From NCBI RefSeq assembly GCF_001194135.2, contig NC_068994.1, positions 46,229,117 to 46,266,056 of the forward strand: a stretch of DNA of 36,940 nt, read 5' to 3'. Positions 32,647-36,940 of the stretch are shown piece by piece. Within the stretch, counting starts at the first letter, position 1, and each line of letters begins with the position of its first letter. Below the pieces are notes generated by a model. That model saw only the letters and a list, made by a program, of their open reading frames with translations. It had not been told where the DNA came from and searched no databases. The translations under genes were made by a program, and so were the position numbers. Origin of the DNA: Octopus bimaculoides. Lineage: Eukaryota.

Positions 32647-32721
32647 AATCCAGCTGAAGAAGACTAATCAAATTTACGATGACCAACGTATTTGAAGAGT
32701 CCGAAACCTAGGTACTAGATT
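32647..32721 (+). ncRNA. Type I hammerhead ribozyme motif with palindromic stem III (Penelope-type)
   Basis: Stem I aatccag/ctagatt (6 of 7 pairs); core CTGAAGA (32654-32660); extended stem II GACT...AGTC with inner tcaaa/tttga and tacg/cgta; GAAA (32703-32706); palindrome ACCTAGGT; GUA triplet ending at 32714. Confidence 0.6.
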
Positions 32722-33043
32722 ATCCGATTCTGGGTTGTCCATTTATGTAATGTTCTTCCTAGAGGTATGATGAATTTTTTTTTTATGTTCGCTGTCCGCA
32801 CACATCTTTGCCAGTATATATATATAGAGAGAGAGAGAAAGACTGTAGCTTTACTATAGCGTCGTAAAATTATCGACTGCTATTTCCAGTAAACATTGGT
32901 ACCTTGTTGTACCACTATTCTATATATATATATATATATATAGTAAATCCCCAAAAGAAACGAAGAACAAGATAAAAGAAAACAACGCGAAGATGTGGTA
33001 CATGCAAAGTATTAGCAGACGTTCAGGGAAGGAAAAAAAGGTG

Positions 33044-33079
33044 GTTTTTACATTTCGAGCAAAGCTCTTCTTCAGAAAC
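33044..33079 (-). ncRNA. Degenerate minimal hammerhead motif
   Basis: Minus strand gttt-CTGAAGA-a-GAGC-ttt-GCTC-GAAA-tGTA-aaaacc; 4-bp stem II, 3-bp stem I; stem III is ATGT where ACGT is expected. Confidence 0.45.
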
Positions 33080-33212
33080 AGAAGACAGAGGAAAGTCCAA
33101 GAGAAAAGGAAGACAGAGGGAAAAAATCGCCAACGATTCACATGCGGTTACATTTTGAAATGACCGGAAAGGAACGGATGAAGAAAAAGTTCTTTCTAAG
33201 ACAGAGGAGAGT

Positions 33213-33245
<33 letters not shown>

Positions 33246-33264
33246 CACCAGATTGCAATAGTAC

Positions 33265-33445
33265 CTAGTTATCATGACAGCTAGTTAGAGGTCTGAAGCT
33301 GGACAATGCCATGTTGATAAAGTTGGACATTGCTCTATCACACCTCGGTTGACTGTGGACTGAAACTGGACGTTGTTATATTGATAAAGTTCTTATTTAT
33401 TATGACAGCTAGCTAAACTGTAATCTGAAACTAGATATATCGAAT
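33265..33445 (+). repeat. Degenerate about 65-bp tandem repeat
   Basis: Recurrent atgacagctag, ctgaa(g/a)ct(g/a)ga and ttgataaagtt blocks. Confidence 0.5.
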
Positions 33446-34279
33446 CAACGTGGAACCGATTCACTGGTACAGCACGTTGGACTGTTTGGTGGACAATGGT
33501 CTTAGGGTGGACACTGCCAACACTGGTATCTACGTACTATATTTCTACTGCCCGACTAGGTGGACATATTAATGAACGGTAGACCAATAACAACAACTAC
33601 GAAGATGATGATTTTAAATAAGGTATGAACATGTAATTAAGCATTGTGACAATATGCGAAGCTACCCAAACGTATTAAACAAGATGCTACAATGTGTCAA
33701 ACATACAAGGAACAGTTCGGTAACTCACGTGACTCCGGGTGTTCACAAATACCCTCTAGTTTAACTGCAGTGGTTCCTATGTGACTATCTGTGACTCTTC
33801 AAGTATTGGTAATGTCTGTTCTGCAATACAACAAAAATAGTAAAAGTGAAAGTAGAAAATGGTTGACGTCATTACAGGATTGTTATAACGTTACGGCATA
33901 ATACGTAGTTGCAGTTAGTTAGTGCAGGACAGATTAACGTTCTTGATATACCATTATGCGTAGTATTCTACAGTACAGTTGTCAGTTTAGTGAATGATGT
34001 AGTATGTATTACATAGTGTAAGTACATACTATTGCACATACTATGGTACAGGGATCAGTTTAGCATAGCATAGAGTACAGTACATCAATCTGCGCGTGGA
34101 TTTGATTGAAATAAAGGAATCGCGCAATGCCAGACTCATAACCCTCATCCAGTCATGGTAGTTCCTTTGCCAAGAGGAGACCAAGTCAGTTGCTAGTAGG
34201 TCTAAATGTAGTGGAACTTACACAGTACCATGTCGAGCTTTCAGTTTCCCCAAAAAAACTTGTTAAAACTGCTGTGTAT

Positions 34280-34293
34280 AGATAGATACATAA

Positions 34294-34363
<70 letters not shown>
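34280..34363. repeat. (GATA)n microsatellite
   Basis: Direct read. Confidence 0.95.
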
Positions 34364-34364
<1 letters not shown>

Positions 34365-34470
34365 CCTATACATATATACGCGTCTATATATCTATAGATA
34401 TCTAAATATATATAAACATATATTTCTTTATATATACATATACATATATTTAAGTATTTGTATGTGTGTG

Positions 34471-34514
<44 letters not shown>

Positions 34515-34985
34515 NNNNNNNNNNNNNNNNNNNNNNNNNNNNNNNNNNNNNNNNNNNNNNNNNNNNNNNNNNNNNNNNNNNNNNNNNNNNNNNNNNNNNN
34601 NNNNNNNNNNNNNNNNNNNNNNNNNNNNNNNNNNNNNNNNNNNNNNNNNNNNNNNNNNNNNNNNNNNNNNNNNNNNNNNNNNNNNNNNNNNNNNNNNNNN
34701 NNNNNNNNNNNNNNNNNNNNNNNNNNNNNNNNNNNNNNNNNNNNNNNNNNNNNNNNNNNNNNNNNNNNNNNNNNNNNNNNNNNNNNNNNNNNNNNNNNNN
34801 NNNNNNNNNNNNNNNNNNNNNNNNNNNNNNNNNNNNNNNNNNNNNNNNNNNNNNNNNNNNNNNNNNNNNNNNNNNNNNNNNNNNNNNNNNNNNNNNNNNN
34901 NNNNNNNNNNNNNNNNNNNNNNNNNNNNNNNNNNNNNNNNNNNNNNNNNNNNNNNNNNNNNNNNNNNNNNNNNNNNNNNNNNNNN

Positions 34986-35028
34986 GTGTATATATGTGTG
35001 TGTAAGCAAACGCGTGTAGTATATGTGT

Positions 35029-35077
<49 letters not shown>

Positions 35078-35285
35078 CGAGCGTGCGTGTGTTAGCGTGT
35101 GTATGTATGTGTCGTGTGTGTGTGTGTGCGTTTGTGCGTGAATGTGCATGTGTGTGTGTGTGCGTGTGTATGCGCGTATGTGTGTGCTTTTGTACAAGAG
35201 GGGTGGTGCGCGCGCAGATGCACGTTCACGCGCGGACATGCCTCGTTGTGTATGTGTTTGTGTGTCTGAGTGTGTGTGCGCGTAC

Positions 35286-35317
<32 letters not shown>

Positions 35318-35340
35318 CTGTCTGTCTGTGTCTGTATCTG
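34986..35340. repeat. Compound (TG)n/(CG)n microsatellite region
   Basis: Direct read. Confidence 0.9.
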
Positions 35341-35599
35341 TTCAGAGTTCTTCTACAATCATAGCTAAACTTTTGTTTTCGTCCTCTTTCTACGACCATC
35401 AAGACCACGGGTTCGATCCCACGGCGTGGCATCTTGGACAGATAGATAGATAGACAGAACTCTATTCGAAAGTTGAGTCACAGTGTTTGTTTATTAATTT
35501 TTTTTTCTTTTACGGCCTTATATCGCCCCCATATCTTATAAGGAAAATTAAGACAGAAACTGTTTATATGACTTGGGTGGAATTTACCCGTATTTCAAA

Positions 35600-35765
35600 C
35601 GATACAGCTTTGTCATGCTCTTGTGGCACTCTGCTTCTGATTCTACCCGAGAATTACGTTAAACGTACACGTGTGTGTGTGTGTGTATGCGGAATATTCA
35701 GCCACTACTCACACATTAATTCAATTAACAGTCTAATTCAGTTAATTGAACGACCAACCGAATTA
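35600..35765 (+). mobile_element. Degenerate family C SINE 3' part
   Basis: ccgagaattacgttaaacgtacacgtgt...ttcagccact aligns with the reverse complement of 25620-25700. Confidence 0.6.
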
Positions 35766-35794
35766 CGCATAAATACGTGTATATATGCAAATAT

Positions 35795-35795
<1 letters not shown>

Positions 35796-35851
<56 letters not shown>
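35796..35851. repeat. (GATA)n microsatellite
   Basis: Direct read. Confidence 0.95.
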
Positions 35852-35853
<2 letters not shown>

Positions 35854-36769
35854 TACGTATATAATTTAGTTATAAGGATTCAGTATATANNNNNNNNNNN
35901 NNNNNNNNNNNNNNNNNNNNNNNNNNNNNNNNNNNNNNNNNNNNNNNNNNNNNNNNNNNNNNNNNNNNNNNNNNNNNNNNNNNNNNNNNNNNNNNNNNNN
36001 NNNNNNNNNNNNNNNNNNNNNNNNNNNNNNNNNNNNNNNNNNNNNNNNNNNNNNNNNNNNNNNNNNNNNNNNNNNNNNNNNNNNNNNNNNNNNNNNNNNN
36101 NNNNNNNNNNNNNNNNNNNNNNNNNNNNNNNNNNNNNNNNNNNNNNNNNNNNNNNNNNNNNNNNNNNNNNNNNNNNNNNNNNNNNNNNNNNNNNNNNNNN
36201 NNNNNNNNNNNNNNNNNNNNNNNNNNNNNNNNNNNNNNNNNNNNNNNNNNNNNNNNNNNNNNNNNNNNNNNNNNNNNNNNNNNNNNNNNNNNNNNNNNNN
36301 NNNNNNNNNNNNNNNNNNNNNNNNNNNNNNNNNNNNNNNNNNNNNNNNNNNNNNNNNNNNNNNNNNNNNNNNNNNNNNNNNNNNNNNNNNNNNNNNNNNN
36401 NNNNNNNNNNNNNNNNNNNNNNNNNNNNNNNNNNNNNNNNNNNNNNNNNNNNNNNNNNNNNNNNNNNNNNNNNNNNNNNNNNNNNNNNNNNNNNNNNNNN
36501 NNNNNNNNNNNNNNNNNNNNNNNNNNNNNNNNNNNNNNNNNNNNNNNNNNNNNNNNNNNNNNNNNNNNNNNNNNNNNNNNNNNNNNNNNNNNNNNNNNNN
36601 NNNNNNNNNNNNNNNNNNNNNNNNNNNNNNNNNNNNNNNNAATCCATCGTTATTACAAGTTTTTCCGACTCTACTCTCGCCCGTTCCCGTTCTTTGAGGA
36701 TTGGAAAAAGATCCTCGGAGTTCATAACGGCGATTAATTTCAACTTTGAATGAATGACTGAATGAATGA

Positions 36770-36888
36770 ATATATATATTGCTCACGCACGTGCACACAT
36801 ATACACATGCATACACATACATATATATACACTTGTAAATATATATGTATATATACACACACATACATATTATATACAAATATACATG

Positions 36889-36940
<52 letters not shown>
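36770..36940. repeat. Compound (CA)/(TA)n microsatellite
   Basis: Direct read. Confidence 0.95.

Noticed and set aside
2184-36891. Long ORFs in the track (150-495 aa)
   Set aside because: They are open only because they cross N gaps or dinucleotide/tetranucleotide microsatellites (poly-X, HTHT, YIYI, LSIY); there is no real coding signal.

Overview
AT-rich eukaryotic DNA, dense in microsatellites, with many N-gaps that mostly sit next to simple repeats. The SINE families and repeat landscape look like a coleoid cephalopod, probably Octopus; this is an inference from recalled repeat sequences, not a database result. Almost all ORFs in the track are artefacts of microsatellites or N runs. The only credible host coding sequence is two minus-strand, phase-2/phase-2 exons (1214-1020 and 519-403). 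They splice in frame into an unidentified Ser/Pro-rich protein and are followed by a perfect polypyrimidine-CAG|GTAAGT junction at 234/233. The rest is probably intronic or intergenic. It holds three tRNA-derived SINE families, a decayed full-length mariner transposase, an internally deleted Penelope-like element (PLE), RTE- and CR1-like LINE remnants and a hAT MITE. Best leads: (i) a candidate recursive splice site or NMD-coupled alternative donor at 234; (ii) a CpG-rich promoter-like island at about 24.95-25.33 kb with CLEAR, CRE, GC-box, AP-1 and YY1-like motifs; (iii) six hammerhead-ribozyme-like cores at 26-33 kb, one nearly complete (32647-32721) and two inside a 300-bp palindrome; (iv) several fold-back structures that could form dsRNA. 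None is proven novel. All alignments were done by eye and repeat boundaries are approximate.
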